From Amoebophrya sp. A120 (lineage: Eukaryota > Protista > Dinoflagellata): a stretch of DNA of 64,000 nt. Made by a program: the position numbers and the translations under genes. The notes below the pieces were generated by a model. The model was not told the DNA's origin and did not search any database. It was given only the letters and a program-made list of their open reading frames with translations. This document shows, piece by piece, positions 12,201 through 23,182 of this stretch. Location: assembly GCA_905178155.1 (NCBI GenBank), contig CAJINV010000001.1, positions 11,102,163 through 11,166,162 on the forward strand. Reading direction: 5' to 3'. Numbering within the stretch: position 1 is the stretch's first letter; every line of letters begins with the position of its first letter.

Positions 12201-13336
12201 CAAAGTCTCCTGGTGAACAGGGACGTCGGTGGAGGCACGGAAGGTTTGTTCTCGCACTCATCGTTTTCTCCGTCTGCGACGCCCCCGGAAATACCAACGT
12301 CTGAGGAGGAATTGCTAGCGAAGTGGATGAATGACCAGGACGGCCGCGCGAAGGAACCGTTGATGCAGGAACAGGCAGCAGCCACGTCGCGCAAGGACGA
12401 GGACTCGATAGAACCACCAAGCGGAGAGCTTTCACCCTGGCAGTTGCAGCAGGAGGTGTCTGTTCCGGCTCTGGAATCCGTCCCGTCCGCAAGGGGTGTG
12501 GTGGATGCAAGAGCAATTGCAACGTCGTTGCCGTCGTCCACGTCATCATCAAGCACAACCAGACTAAGCAATCCGGTATTAGACGAGACCGAAATAGGCC
12601 GAGGCCGCGCGCCTGGTGGCGACATCAAAGGGTCAATACAACTTGCTGGCTCAGCCTCAACATCTTCGGCACTACAAGACCCACCGAGAAGTGCGTCTGA
12701 GTCCTCCGCATACAGCCCCTTTCAGCCCGCCACGGACACAGGAAGGCAAGCCGGTGCCGGTCCTCTAGGCAGTTTCTCCCCTGCGCACCAAGTTTTGGCC
12801 GAACAAAGTGCAATGTTGCCGCCAACGGGAACAACTTCCACCGCTGATACATCAAGTACTTCTTCTAGCATAGTTTCGTCTCCCGATCCACCGCCACTTC
12901 GACAAGAGCCAAACGAAAACAAGCCGCCAACTGGGATTGTGGAGGAAAATACATTTCGCTTCCTCGACATGCTATGGCGTTCTCAAACGTTACACTTACA
13001 CTTACGGCCTCATCTGTTACATGAATTTGTGACGCACGAAAAAGAATATTAGCAAATGCGAAAGCAAAGGGGGGGCGTCTTGCATAAGAAATTTGGCCAT
13101 GCGAAGAAGCTTGATCGTGTGAAGTATGCTAGTGATTCTGTATGACCAACCATGTCACAGCTGATGGCGTTGTAACGCTTAGGAATCCCATACACGATCG
13201 GTTTTGGCGGCAGCTCCGACAAGAGGGGGTCGGGAACGAGCGAAGGCGGCTCGGGCTCTTCTCCCGGCAGGCTACAGCGCTTACTGGAGGAGACCAGTGC
13301 TGCCAAGCAGGATTGATGTGGTCGCGCATTTGCTGA
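251..13336 (+). CDS. Large multi-exon secreted/surface protein with Cys-rich (EGF/furin-like) repeats and low-complexity spacers
   Basis: In-frame exon chain about 251-451, 629/632-1234, 1431-1586, 1885-2355, 4234-4385, 5331-5552, 5720-6691, 6943-7098, 7301-7955, 12064-12976, 13183-13336. Hydrophobic N-terminus (LLVAFIGAGFLFY); repeated CxCxNG...C..C..G[FW] units. The last exon assumes a GC-AG intron 12977-13182. Confidence 0.65.
452..628 (+). mobile_element. TIR-bounded non-canonical intron, family A
   Basis: Left GTATCCTTTTCAAAAGTAT, right ATACTTTTGCAATCCATAT; CCA direct repeat at 449-451 and 629-631; removal joins KILVP to DDTDDKQL in frame. Confidence 0.75.
1587..1884 (+). mobile_element. 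Non-canonical GT-AC intron with short TIR
   Basis: GTACAACTC versus GAGTTGTCC (1874-1882); removal gives EWEYES-CHAEHP in frame. Confidence 0.5.
2356..4233 (+). mobile_element. TIR-bounded non-canonical intron, family A, expanded by nested insertion(s)
   Basis: GTATGCATTGCAAAAGTGTCGTACT versus AGTGCGATACTTTTGCAAAGCATAT (about 21/25 complementary); flanks GGT/GTT; joins GIGVVGG to (V)AECDQEGK in frame inside a Cys-rich repeat. Confidence 0.8.
2439..2720. repeat. Degenerate TTGG[CG][TC]CAAAG[CT]T sub-repeats inside the intron insert
   Basis: Several copies of ttggctcaaagct / ttggcccaaagtt. Confidence 0.55.
4525..5245. mobile_element. Non-autonomous element with 11-bp inverted repeat plus adjacent hairpin (Helentron/HINE-like or MITE) inside GT-AG intron 4386-5330
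   Basis: GTAGTGAGGTC 4525-4535 / GACCTCACTAC 5217-5227 (perfect), followed by CCGCC-CC-GGCGG; non-coding GC-rich/A-tract interior. Confidence 0.55.
5553..5719 (+). mobile_element. TIR-bounded GT-AC intron, family A
   Basis: GTATGCTCTGGAAAAGTATCGTACT versus AGTACGAAAGTTTTGCAATGCACAC; flanks TAC/TGC; joins NTTTST to ATTTTTT in frame. Confidence 0.8.
8070..8302. repeat. A-rich tandem repeat, about 26-bp unit GAAACGAAAAACGAAAACAAAGAATG
   Basis: About 9 copies running into the N gap. Confidence 0.9.
8303..8802. other. Scaffold gap (500 N)
   Basis: Run of N. Confidence 1.
8803..9945. repeat. 29-bp tandem satellite GGACGCGGACACGTCGCGTCCAAGAGCCA
   Basis: More than 35 near-identical copies, each with a GGACGCG/CGCGTCC stem; the terminal unit at about 9918-9945 is inverted. 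Confidence 0.95.
9960..11670. repeat. Degenerate 22-23-bp satellite GCCAAGCCGGTGCCAGATCATG
   Basis: Dozens of diverged copies; reverse-complement copies at about 63220-63825. Confidence 0.9.
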
Positions 13337-13864
13337 GGGCTGAGCCTGCACTTGTTGTCGCTTCATTCTTCAGGTCCGTGACCTCTGCTCCATTATCGTT
13401 TCGTATTTTCGTGCCATCAAGAATATCCTGTACAATTGCATCAGTTTCGCTTTCACTTTCTATTTCAGAGATGAACAACTGTCTGAAAAATGACAAACTA
13501 TCACAATGTAGTATTACTTTCTGAGGTTCATTCTGATTGCAAACAAACAAGTGCTACCCTACAAACGGAGACGCTTTATTTCGCTTTGCTAGAAGGGTAC
13601 TTCGACAAAAGGAGGGCGCAAATGCTTGAAGAGATTTGACAAGAGGAAAAGCGTTGTTGTGTACAGCGCGCTTTTGCCGTTACGCTTTCTCATCGCGCTT
13701 GATGTTCCTCGCCTGTGTAGACTGCTTGTGGACCACTGCGTGACGACGTCCAGAGAGGAGAACTACTCCGAAGCACGAGGATCAAGATCATGATCAAGCG
13801 AAAAGAGTAGCATCAGCAACGGGGACGCAATGTACAGCCAGGCAAAAGACAAAGGCTTGAGTAA

Positions 13865-16516
13865 GTGTCATTTTTGTCAAAATATCTGCTGCTGGGTGAC
13901 TTCAACGCCCGCCTACCACTAAACACTGACAACACGGGAAAATGGGGCCGGGAAGCAGTTCCCAACCAAAACACGCACCTGCTGGAGGCCTTCCTCCGCG
14001 AAAACCAGTGCTGCAGCCTGGCCTCGTATTTCCGGCACAGTCACCGCGCCTACGCGACCTGGCGCCACCCCGGGCACCAAACGCTGGGGCATCGCGCTTA
14101 CCACCAGATCGACCATGCCATCGCGCCTCACACCTTCAGACCCGCGGTAAAGGACTGCAAGGCGATGGACGTGGCGGAACAAGCAAAATACGACCACCGC
14201 CTGGTGGTCGTGAAAGTCAGCCAGCGCGACCTCCAGTGGTTCGGGAAGAGAAAAAAGCAAAAACCAGCGCCCCGCCCACCCAAGGGCAAGGCCACCGCAG
14301 CCACTGCAGATGAACAACTCGCCTACAACTCCGCCTTCGAAAAAGAACTAGTCAAGGGCGAGTCACTGCAGAACAGCATGCGGGAAGCCGGCGCGCAAGT
14401 CTTCGGCAAAAACAAAAAGGAACGCAAGCCATGGATCTCGCCGGAGTTCCTGGACCTATGGCAAGAACGATGCCGGCTTCTTGCAGCAGGAGAAAAAGCA
14501 GAAGCGAAAATCATCTTGAAACAGATGAAATGGGTGGAGCGCAAGGACCGCAGCGCCTTCGCGGAGCGAGTCTGCGAGGACGCGGAAAACTTTTTTGAAC
14601 AACGGGGGCAGTCGCCAGCCATCGCGGAAATCGCGAAGCTTGGAGGGAAAAAGAAGCAGCCAACAGGCCCGGCCTTCAGCGAGCCGCTAACGCACAGCGG
14701 CAAGACGGAATTCATGGCGGAGGGGAAGGCAGAACTGCGTCGGCAGTTCTATGCCGATGCTTTCACCCGCCCAGAACCAGAGCTGTTGCCGGCGCTACCA
14801 AAAAATCCTCCTTCACAGCCAAAAAACAACGCAACAAAAAGCCAGGCGCTTCATCGCATTTCGGAAAAAGTCGACGACGAAATGATCAAAAGCGCGATAA
14901 AGCGGCTGCAGTTCGGAAAAGCGGGCGGGGAGGATCAACTAGTAAAAGAGCACTACGACCTCCTGGACGAAAAAAACAAAAAGTTGGCGCGGGACAAGGT
15001 GCGGCAGTATTGGGAAACCAAAACGCTAGATCCGGGCGAGGTGGACTCGCTGATAACGGTACTGCCGAAACCGGGCAAGGACCACGGCGAGGCGGCGGGG
15101 TGGCGCCCGATAGCCTTGCTGAACTTCTTGTCAAAAGTGTATGCGTCGCTACTGTATCTGAAGATTGCGGGCCCGATCGGCGACATCATGTCGGAGAATC
15201 AGGCTGGTTTCAGAAGTTACAGGCGGGCGATCGACAACACTTTGGCCCTGCGCATTGCAGTACAAAACCACAAAAAAGCCGGCAAGGAGTTGCGTGGTCT
15301 GTTCGTCGACCTCGAGCAGGCCTCTGACACAATTCCGCGCAAGCTGATAGCCGAAGCAATGCAGCACTACAAAATGCCCCAGCACACGCAGGACAGGTTT
15401 TGGGCCTTGTACAACGGCCACAGCTTCGCAGTAAAAAGGGACGGGGCAACAAGCAGCAAAACAGAAACAAAAACCGGCACCAAGCAGGGCTGCCTCCTGT
15501 CCCCGATTATTTTCAACTTGTGCTTCCAGTATGTACTAGAAAGAGTAGACCTAGGAGAGGGATTGAGCTTCATCTGCGGGGGGCTCTTGAACAGCAAAGA
15601 ACAGCTCTTCACCATGCAGCTAGACCATCTGCTGTATGCGGATGACTTAGGAGTATTCTCGCAATCACTCGAAAGCCTGAAAGCAACCACCCAAGTCCTT
15701 TGCGAGAAATTTGCCGCCTTCGGCCTGCGGGTGAATTTCAAAAAGACCAAGTTCATGAGCTTCAACGCCCCAAACCAAGAAGCCCAGTGCATAGAAATAA
15801 ACGGCAGCAAAATAGAGCGGGTTTCAGAATTCTCCTACCTAGGATCCATCATCACAGAAGAAGGAACAGATGAGAAAGATATTGAGAACAGGATAAAGCT
15901 CGCTCAAAAGAAGTCCGGAGAACTAACCAAAGTCTTCAACAGCCGGACCCTCTCGCCAGCGTTGAAAGTGCGAATTCTCAACGCCTTCGTATACCCGGTC
16001 CTGGCCTGGGGCTGCGAAACGTGGACGCTTCGGCAGAGCGACGAGCAAGCACTAGACACCTGGTGGAACAAAAAGCTGCGCCACTGCTTGGGGGTGACAA
16101 AATTCGACCACATCGAAACCACCGCCATCCGCCAAAAGCTAGGCGAGCGCGCTCTTTCACACAAAATCCGCGAGCGAAGGCTGCGCTACTTCGGCCATGT
16201 CGTGCGGTACCCGAAGAACCGCTGGGCGCGGATAATGCTCACAGCAACAGTCCCGAAAGCACGACACGGCCAGAGCGCAACAAAAGCCTGGATCTCCGAA
16301 ATCAACCGAGAACTGATCAAAAGACGATCCACACCAGCGGACTGCTTAAGCAAAGAGCTTTGGAGACAAATAGTATCTGGGAACAGCTATGGCACAGTAA
16401 AGCAAACAGCATCAACTTCTTCTTCTACATCTTCCTTCACCAACAGCAACAGCATTGGAAATAGTCTCCCAATCCAGGCGATCATGAGACTGAGAGGTCG
16501 AAAAAGGGAATTCTAA
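13865..16516 (+). CDS. APE endonuclease (C-terminal part) plus reverse transcriptase
   Basis: LLLGDFNA, QIDH, YDH (endonuclease); WRPIALL, QAGFR, FVDLEQASD, GTKQGCLLSP, YADD, FSYLGS (RT). The N-terminal endonuclease half is missing. Confidence 0.93.
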   Translation: MSFLSKYLLLGDFNARLPLNTDNTGKWGREAVPNQNTHLLEAFLRENQCCSLASYFRHSHRAYATWRHPGHQTLGHRAYHQIDHAIAPHTFRPAVKDCKAMDVAEQAKYDHRLVVVKVSQRDLQWFGKRKKQKPAPRPPKGKATAATADEQLAYNSAFEKELVKGESLQNSMREAGAQVFGKNKKERKPWISPEFLDLWQERCRLLAAGEKAEAKIILKQMKWVERKDRSAFAERVCEDAENFFEQRGQSPAIAEIAKLGGKKKQPTGPAFSEPLTHSGKTEFMAEGKAELRRQFYADAFTRPEPELLPALPKNPPSQPKNNATKSQALHRISEKVDDEMIKSAIKRLQFGKAGGEDQLVKEHYDLLDEKNKKLARDKVRQYWETKTLDPGEVDSLITVLPKPGKDHGEAAGWRPIALLNFLSKVYASLLYLKIAGPIGDIMSENQAGFRSYRRAIDNTLALRIAVQNHKKAGKELRGLFVDLEQASDTIPRKLIAEAMQHYKMPQHTQDRFWALYNGHSFAVKRDGATSSKTETKTGTKQGCLLSPIIFNLCFQYVLERVDLGEGLSFICGGLLNSKEQLFTMQLDHLLYADDLGVFSQSLESLKATTQVLCEKFAAFGLRVNFKKTKFMSFNAPNQEAQCIEINGSKIERVSEFSYLGSIITEEGTDEKDIENRIKLAQKKSGELTKVFNSRTLSPALKVRILNAFVYPVLAWGCETWTLRQSDEQALDTWWNKKLRHCLGVTKFDHIETTAIRQKLGERALSHKIRERRLRYFGHVVRYPKNRWARIMLTATVPKARHGQSATKAWISEINRELIKRRSTPADCLSKELWRQIVSGNSYGTVKQTASTSSSTSSFTNSNSIGNSLPIQAIMRLRGRKREF

Positions 16517-16546
16517 GGCGATAACGTCGAACAGAATACATTCATC
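13878..16546 (+). mobile_element. 5'-truncated non-LTR retrotransposon (RTE-like LINE)
   Basis: 15-bp target-site duplication AAGTGTCATTTTTGT at 13863-13877 and 16547-16561; single APE-RT ORF; very short 3' UTR ending ...ACATTCATC. Confidence 0.92.
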
Positions 16547-16923
16547 AAGTGTCATTTTTGTTTTTGTATACCTCCAGAAGAGTACGTAAGGCGGAACATT
16601 TTAAAAATTGCGTTGAGTGTGAGATGACGAAGGCAGGTGTACACACGTGCACTCCTGTTCCAATGCGCCACGCGGAGACGCGATGACGTGCCGGACCTAG
16701 ACGACGCTTTTTTTGCATGCGCTCCAGAGAAGATCTCCAGAACGAGACGCTGTGAAGCTAAAGTTTGAAATGTCGTAGTCAAATCAAGCACGATGACGAG
16801 CTATAGGATAAGAAACCAATAGAAGCAGCGGAGAATATGCAAGAGACGCACAAGAAGCAATAGCAATACACAGGAAGGATAATGACTTTGTCCCTCAGCG
16901 CGTCTCCGCGCATTAATTCCCGC

Positions 16924-19285
16924 ATGAAGCGTAGTGCGCTGCTCGTGCAACTAGCTTCACGCCGGGCGGTTATTTCAGTTGCGGCGTACGACTACCAAAA
17001 CGCCACCGACCTGGGCGACGGCATTCGCGAGTTCACGGTGAACCACGAAGGGGTAGATTTGAAAGTCCAGGAGTTGGTCCAACAGCCGTCGTTTCTTGTT
17101 GAGCGTCAATCGGACTTCCACGACGCACAAGGAGATTCCTTAACCAAACAAGCATGCGAGACGCTCTTTAACGAAGAGAATGAGCTAGCTGTACGACAAG
17201 CTTTCGAAAATCTCCAAAATCTTCACACTAAGGCGAAAAAACACACGAAGGCTTCACATAAGCACATGAAAGAGTACAACCATCACCATTCACACGCCAT
17301 AGTGTCGCTTCTCGGCTTGTCGTCGGGCGCTCAGGCGGAGCGCGGATTCGCGGAGCGCGGATTCGCGAAGCGCAGCACGCGCGAGCACCAAGGCAGAGGC
17401 AGGAGGCACGGGAAGATGATGAAGGAGAAACTTCACGAATTGATCGCGCACGTGACGGAAAACTTTGAACACGGTTTTGAAGTGGCTCTGGAGGAAATGA
17501 CGGAAATTGCGAGTATGTTTAAACAACGGACACAAGCTGCAGCCGCTTCGCTCTTCAATAAAGAACACGTACCAAACGACGCCAAACAATTGCTTTCGCA
17601 ATTCATCACAACGTTTTCTGACAACTTGAATGAACTGAAGCGAAGCGCGGATAGCACCTTCAATTCGAAAGTGGCTGAAGGCGCGAGGCACTTGACCCAC
17701 ACGACAATGCATTTGGTGCACACCCACTTGACTGATGCTCTTATCGGTCTGAAGAACGGGGTCGAGGCTAAAGCGGTGAGCGCGGTCTTCAGCCACGTGC
17801 CCTCGTTTGTAACCAACAAGATCCTCGACGCGGTGGAAAAGGGTACCGGCGCCGAAGAAAAGTTGATACAGGTGTGTCAATTTTTGGAAAATCTCAGCGA
17901 AGTGGCCATTCGCAAGACCGTGGACCTGACCGTCCAAATTGGCGCTACATTGCAGACCGTGATATTCGGGGTGTTTCACTCAATGGACGACAGCACGCAC
18001 GGCATCACCCCGGAAGCCAAGCACCAGGGCCTTGTAGAATCTCTTGAGGGCGCAATCGAGAAGCGCAACCACGCCTTTCGGCGCACGAGATCTGGGGAGC
18101 TCTCTGGGAGTTCGTACCTGCAGGACCTCGAGGAGCGGCTGTTGCCGCCGCCCCCCCCCCCCTCCTCACCCACCAATGCCCTCGGACCTCATAGCAACCG
18201 GGGTGGCGACGTGCTTCCGGCTTTATCGCAGGATTTCCAGGGTGGCGTGTCCGGGAACTCTACTTTCATCGGCCTCACGATGAAACCATCATTACCACCA
18301 TTCGTGCAGGGTGCGTTCCAGAACATGCGGAAGGCTGTGGTGCATCAAGCGTTTGCTCTGGTCTTGGATCAAGTCGAGAACTTCCTGGGTGACAAGCTCG
18401 CGACCGTTCTCGCGTCGTTTCCACGAGGTGCGCATCTAGTGGGCGCAGCGTTTACCAGCATGGCGCACACGGTGTTTGACTCGTTTGAAGAACATGTCGT
18501 GGTACCCTTGTCCTGGGCCCTACCAGCTTCGAATGATGGTACATCACACACAAAGAAGTGGGACGAAGCCAAAAAGGGAATCCTAAAAGATTTTCATGAT
18601 GTCTATGACATGACTGTGAGACACGCCGTGTACGTGTACATCTCCGACATTGCGCACGCTGTTCTTTGCGCTTACAGCGCTGCGGTTCCGGTGCTTTTGG
18701 GGCCAACGTCGAAGGACATGCACATGAAAACGCATCTCTCGGTGTTGCAAAAGGAGATGTTTGCCACTATCTTCCCGGACGATCTCAGGCACGAATTCTG
18801 GAAAGACGAAGAGAAGATATTCGAGGATGCAGAAAACGAAAAAACAGAATTAAATTGCGCAGCGTCGAAATCGTCGCAGGTAAGACCAATTGCAAGAAAA
18901 GTTGCGATGTTGTAGTAAAAATGCAATGGACTCCGATGAAATTACTAGTGCTAGCCCATAGCCATACCCAATGCATTTGCATGTGTGTTTTTGATGTGAT
19001 GTGGTGGCGCAAGAACTTCTCTCGGAGTGGACGGGCGTTTCCTATTGACCGTTCCAAGATCGGCACCGGCCTGAATTCTTTTCGAGTCCGCGTCTGAGTT
19101 TTTTCTCCAATGGAGCGCGCTCATGTGTAACAAAAGACAGACTAACTAACTCCATGATCCAGGTTGTGCAGAGCAACAACGGCCCGCGGGGCCCCAGGCC
19201 GGCGAAGACGAACCGTTCCGTGCACCCCAAGATGAAAGATGTAATTGATCAGGAGGTCCCTGACCCTGGACAAGATAAAGATTGA
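16924..19285 (+). CDS. Hypothetical, probably secreted, helical protein (about 690 aa)
   Basis: Long ORF 16882-18879, GT-AG intron 18880-19162 with ACTAAC branch-like motif, last exon VVQSNNG...QDKD*. No recognised domain. Confidence 0.7.
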
Positions 19286-21904
19286 GATTTTGGAGAAGAG
19301 TTGTTGATGGAGACAATCCGGCTTCAAGGGCGAAGAAGTGCAGTCGAAAGGCGTCTCAGCTCGCTAAGGAGTAAATTCAAACTTCCTGCACACGTACAAA
19401 AGCGGCGTTTTTCTATCCTGGAAAATTGACAAAATAGAACTGTCCTTCAAAGAAACTATAATTTAGAACCCTGAAGAGAAGTAACAACATGCGCGCGCAA
19501 TAAGAATGCAGATACAGGAATTATGTTAGCAATGGCCCTGCGTTGGTGTTGGTGTAGCTTGTGGCTATCTTTCCTCGTAGCTAGGCTGACGGACACAGCC
19601 CGCCCCAGATCCGCGCGCCTACCAGCATCAGTAGCGTTTCCGGTCGACGCTGTGCGATTCCTCCTCAGCTGCGTCTTGGAGTACCTGCTCTGGAGCCCCG
19701 CGGTGCTGTGCCCTCGGGGGCGGCTCCGGGCGAAAATTAGCAGAGCCAGTTCCGTTCTGTTTTGTTGATGTGCCAAGTGTCTAGCTGACCCAGGTACTTA
19801 ATTGGTAGTGGTTCGCTTGCCGTTTCGATTTCATCATAAAGCGGGCGCCGGGCCCGCCCCGCCCAATTCGTCTAACTTTAAATGCACCCGATTCGCCGGA
19901 GCCTTGGGCCTCGACGCCCTGTGCCCCCCTTCGTATTGCCCGTTCCGGAAGCGCTTGAAAGCCGTTACAACTATCGAGACGTCCTGTTTCCTTGTCCCGT
20001 TTGCCGTCTCCATGCCCCCGTGGCAACTGGCTGCCACGTCCGATGACAAGGCTGACCTGGCAGAGGGGTAGACGGACTGACTGGTCGGAGTGGGTTGGCT
20101 GGCTCGCTGGTGTTGAAGCGAGTTCATTTTTTGAATTTTTCTAGATGCGATTTCATTTTCAAATGACCTCAAAATCGCAGTCCTATTTTGTGTCCAGTCA
20201 GTAGATTCAATCTGTGTGCTATGGTAATCAACCAAGAGCGTGGGGCTCCTGTGCGCCAATTTCCAAACAAGGAGAAACGATGCACAGGGGAATGCTCCGT
20301 TTCGCCATAGCATTGGGCTTAAATCTACTGGACACAAAAAAGCATTGTGATTTTGTCTTCTTAAAGGCAGGAGAATCTGAGCTGAGGCAGTCCTTTTTCT
20401 ACCGGTGAGCTTTTTCGTCTGCGAAAACTTCGTGACCTTTCCCGCCGGCAAGAGTCTTCGTGATGGAGATCTCGCCTCGTATTTTCTCAGCCGCATACCG
20501 GCGGCGCAGAAATTGCTGCTGTGTGTGAATTCTGCAGAAGGTCAAAATTGGCCAGGGCAAGGAGCTTGCGATACGAAATCAAAAGCAGCGACTCAAAAGA
20601 TGGCGGGGCACTTGCTGCCAGCGTGTCCAAACTCGCACCGCATTAAGCCGGTCGCCTGGTTTCCATCGCTTCAAGCAAATTTCCGGCCGCAATCGTCCAC
20701 CAAGCGGAGAGACGCGGCGCAGTGTCCTGCGCGAGTCCCCGGCGCGTTCCTTCGTTCCTTAAGCCCCCGCCCTGAAAAGCGCGCCACGCAGTTCGCAGCT
20801 TCCCCTCCTCGCGCGCACCAAAAGTTTGATCGCGCTACTCCGGTTGCGGGCGCCAGCGTGGGGCCGCGCCTCGGCCTGTTATATTTTCCGCGACATGCGC
20901 AAAGCCGCCTTAGCTTTTCGTGCGCCCGCCGTGGCAGGCTGGCTTCCTTCGTACTGCACGCGGTCGGGGCGCGCCCGGCGCCTGCGCATCTTCGCGGAGG
21001 GCTTGTTGTAGCCCTGCGCCATCTAAGCTAGCGTGTGTTGTGACGGCGCGCAGCCCTGGCTGCAAGGGGCGAATGGGAAGGCTCCGGGCAGGTAGTTAAC
21101 GCCTGCCCCTGGTTACCAACCAACGTCAGTACCGGCGTGCAAAGTATGATGTGGACCCAGGACCCGGGCGCCGCCGAGGGGGCGGGGGCGCGATCAGGCG
21201 TTCGGCTCGAAGCTGGCCAGCCCACAGCCGCCTCCTCCCATTGTCAATGGGCGCAGCTCGCTGTTGGCTATGGCTGATTGATTCGGCGCTCGCGCCAAGC
21301 TGCACACCCAAGGCCCTGGGCTTCTGGCGTGGGGCGGTGTGTTTTCGAATGGGCACGGACGCAGATTGTAGCCCGAAAGGGGCATGTCCGGACGAAAATC
21401 CAATACCTCTGCTGCGGCTCTTGCGCCGCATCGAACTCGATGCGACTACAACGGGAGTAGCCAGCTTGCTCCATGTGCGTCGGGCGTTGCTTCGCTTTCA
21501 AGACATTCGATGAGTAAGCGTAGCGTGACGCGTGATAGATCATCCTGCCGGCGGCTGGATCATACCAGATATGTAAGTGTAACCCGGAAGTAGAATATGT
21601 ATATGGCTTCAGTTAGCATTTCTTACCCCATTCTTTCGCTATTCGCTGACTCGCCGTCAGGGACATTTTTTTATTGTTCAATGCTCAAGTACAAGTTGTG
21701 CCAAGTAGTTAAAGATAAATTATAAATTTTGAAGTAAAACAAGCTTACACATGTTTGTTAAAGTACACCGCAGCGTCCGTCATGAGACGAAATTTTACAA
21801 AGCAACAAGGCGACTACAGTTTGCTTTGATCCGCGAATGGCGGAAGTTTTTTTTTGAAAAAATTATGAATAGGAGGAAGCGCCAAGAATAACTCGAGCAT
21901 TTCC

Positions 21905-22065
21905 GAAAAGATAAAAACAAAAAAGAAAATCCAAAAAAAGCAAAAAATCCTCAAAGCCAAAAAAAACAAAAAATCCTCAAAGCCAAAAAAAACAAAAAAT
22001 CCCCAAAGCCAAAAAAAACAAAAAATCCCCATACGTAAAAAGCAAAAAATTGAAAAAGCAAAACT
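21905..22065. repeat. A-rich tandem repeat, about 26-bp unit AAAAAATCCTCAAAGCCAAAAAAAAC
   Basis: About 4-5 copies. Confidence 0.8.
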
Positions 22066-23182
22066 TACGCAGAGCTAAGTAAGTAGGTCACTACTGCTGG
22101 TGCCAGACAGGTTGCAGCGCTCGAAGGGATGTGGCACCTAATGTCAATCCGCTCTGCAAGAGATCGCCGCTGCCGTGTTTTTCCCGCAGCGTCGCGCAGT
22201 GCATGAAGTTCAGCTTCAGACCAGTTTGGGCGCATGCTTGCATTGTTTGAGTTGCGAGTTGTGGACTCAGGCAACGGACGTGTCATTGAGGGCTATTCCG
22301 ATCAATGAGCTCGAGTTTCCACCGGACTTCTATAGTTTTGAGCATAAAGATTAAGATAAATGACTGGCGTGACGACACAGAGTTTGACTTTAAATCTGTG
22401 CCGGAGAGCTGGAAAAGTCCGCACTTCGTGTGCCCGGAATTATTAACGGCCCTGCTCCGTCGATTGCGATTAGCATTAGGATGCGCATTTCGACGCAAGC
22501 GCGTGCGTTGCATCGGTATTAGCAGGCACCGAGAGCGCTACCGTGGTGCAGGACAAACGCGATGGCAGGCACGCTGAGGAAGAGCAGGCACGGTCGCCCA
22601 CGAAGACGATTCTTCTTCGCAAAGCCACTGTGTGAAAGCCACCGGCGCGGCTCAGCCCACGAGGCGGGCAGCGCCAGGCCTGCGCCCAAAACCTGTGCGT
22701 AGCGTGATGCACGAGGCGGGAGCCAAGTAGTAGAAAAGAAGCCTGCAAGGGCAGCATCCGCGGGGCTGGATTCATCGAGGATGCCTGGCCAAGCTCTTAA
22801 GGATTTCTCGCCGGTGCGAATCAGCTGGGTTTCGCGTTCAATGTTTATCGCAGGGGCCTGTGGATGCGGCCCGCCGCGGGCAGCAGTACTTTTGCGCGGC
22901 CCGGATGTAGAAGCAAGAGTGGCTGGCGCTCCCATAGGCCAGCTCGCCGCAGGGTGAATGCGATGGCCGCACTTGTTTCACCGCGCGGCACGCAGGCCCT
23001 CGCCCGGGTTAGGGTGATCGATGTCCACTCACGCATTTGGTTTATGCTGATATTGCGCTCGCCCGTGCCCGAAGATCTTGTTGTTGGTCTCAATCTCAAT
23101 CGTGCCAAGACCGTGGCTCTCGCAAGAAGTAGAATGCAAGGCTTGCCGTCTTCTTTTGGGCGCGGTCCATTTCGAAAAATGG

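Noticed and set aside
13180-13316. Alternative last exon GIPYTIGFGG...AKQD*
   Set aside because: Needs a non-canonical junction, whereas a GC-AG intron gives an equally plausible frame ending at 13336; unresolved without cDNA.
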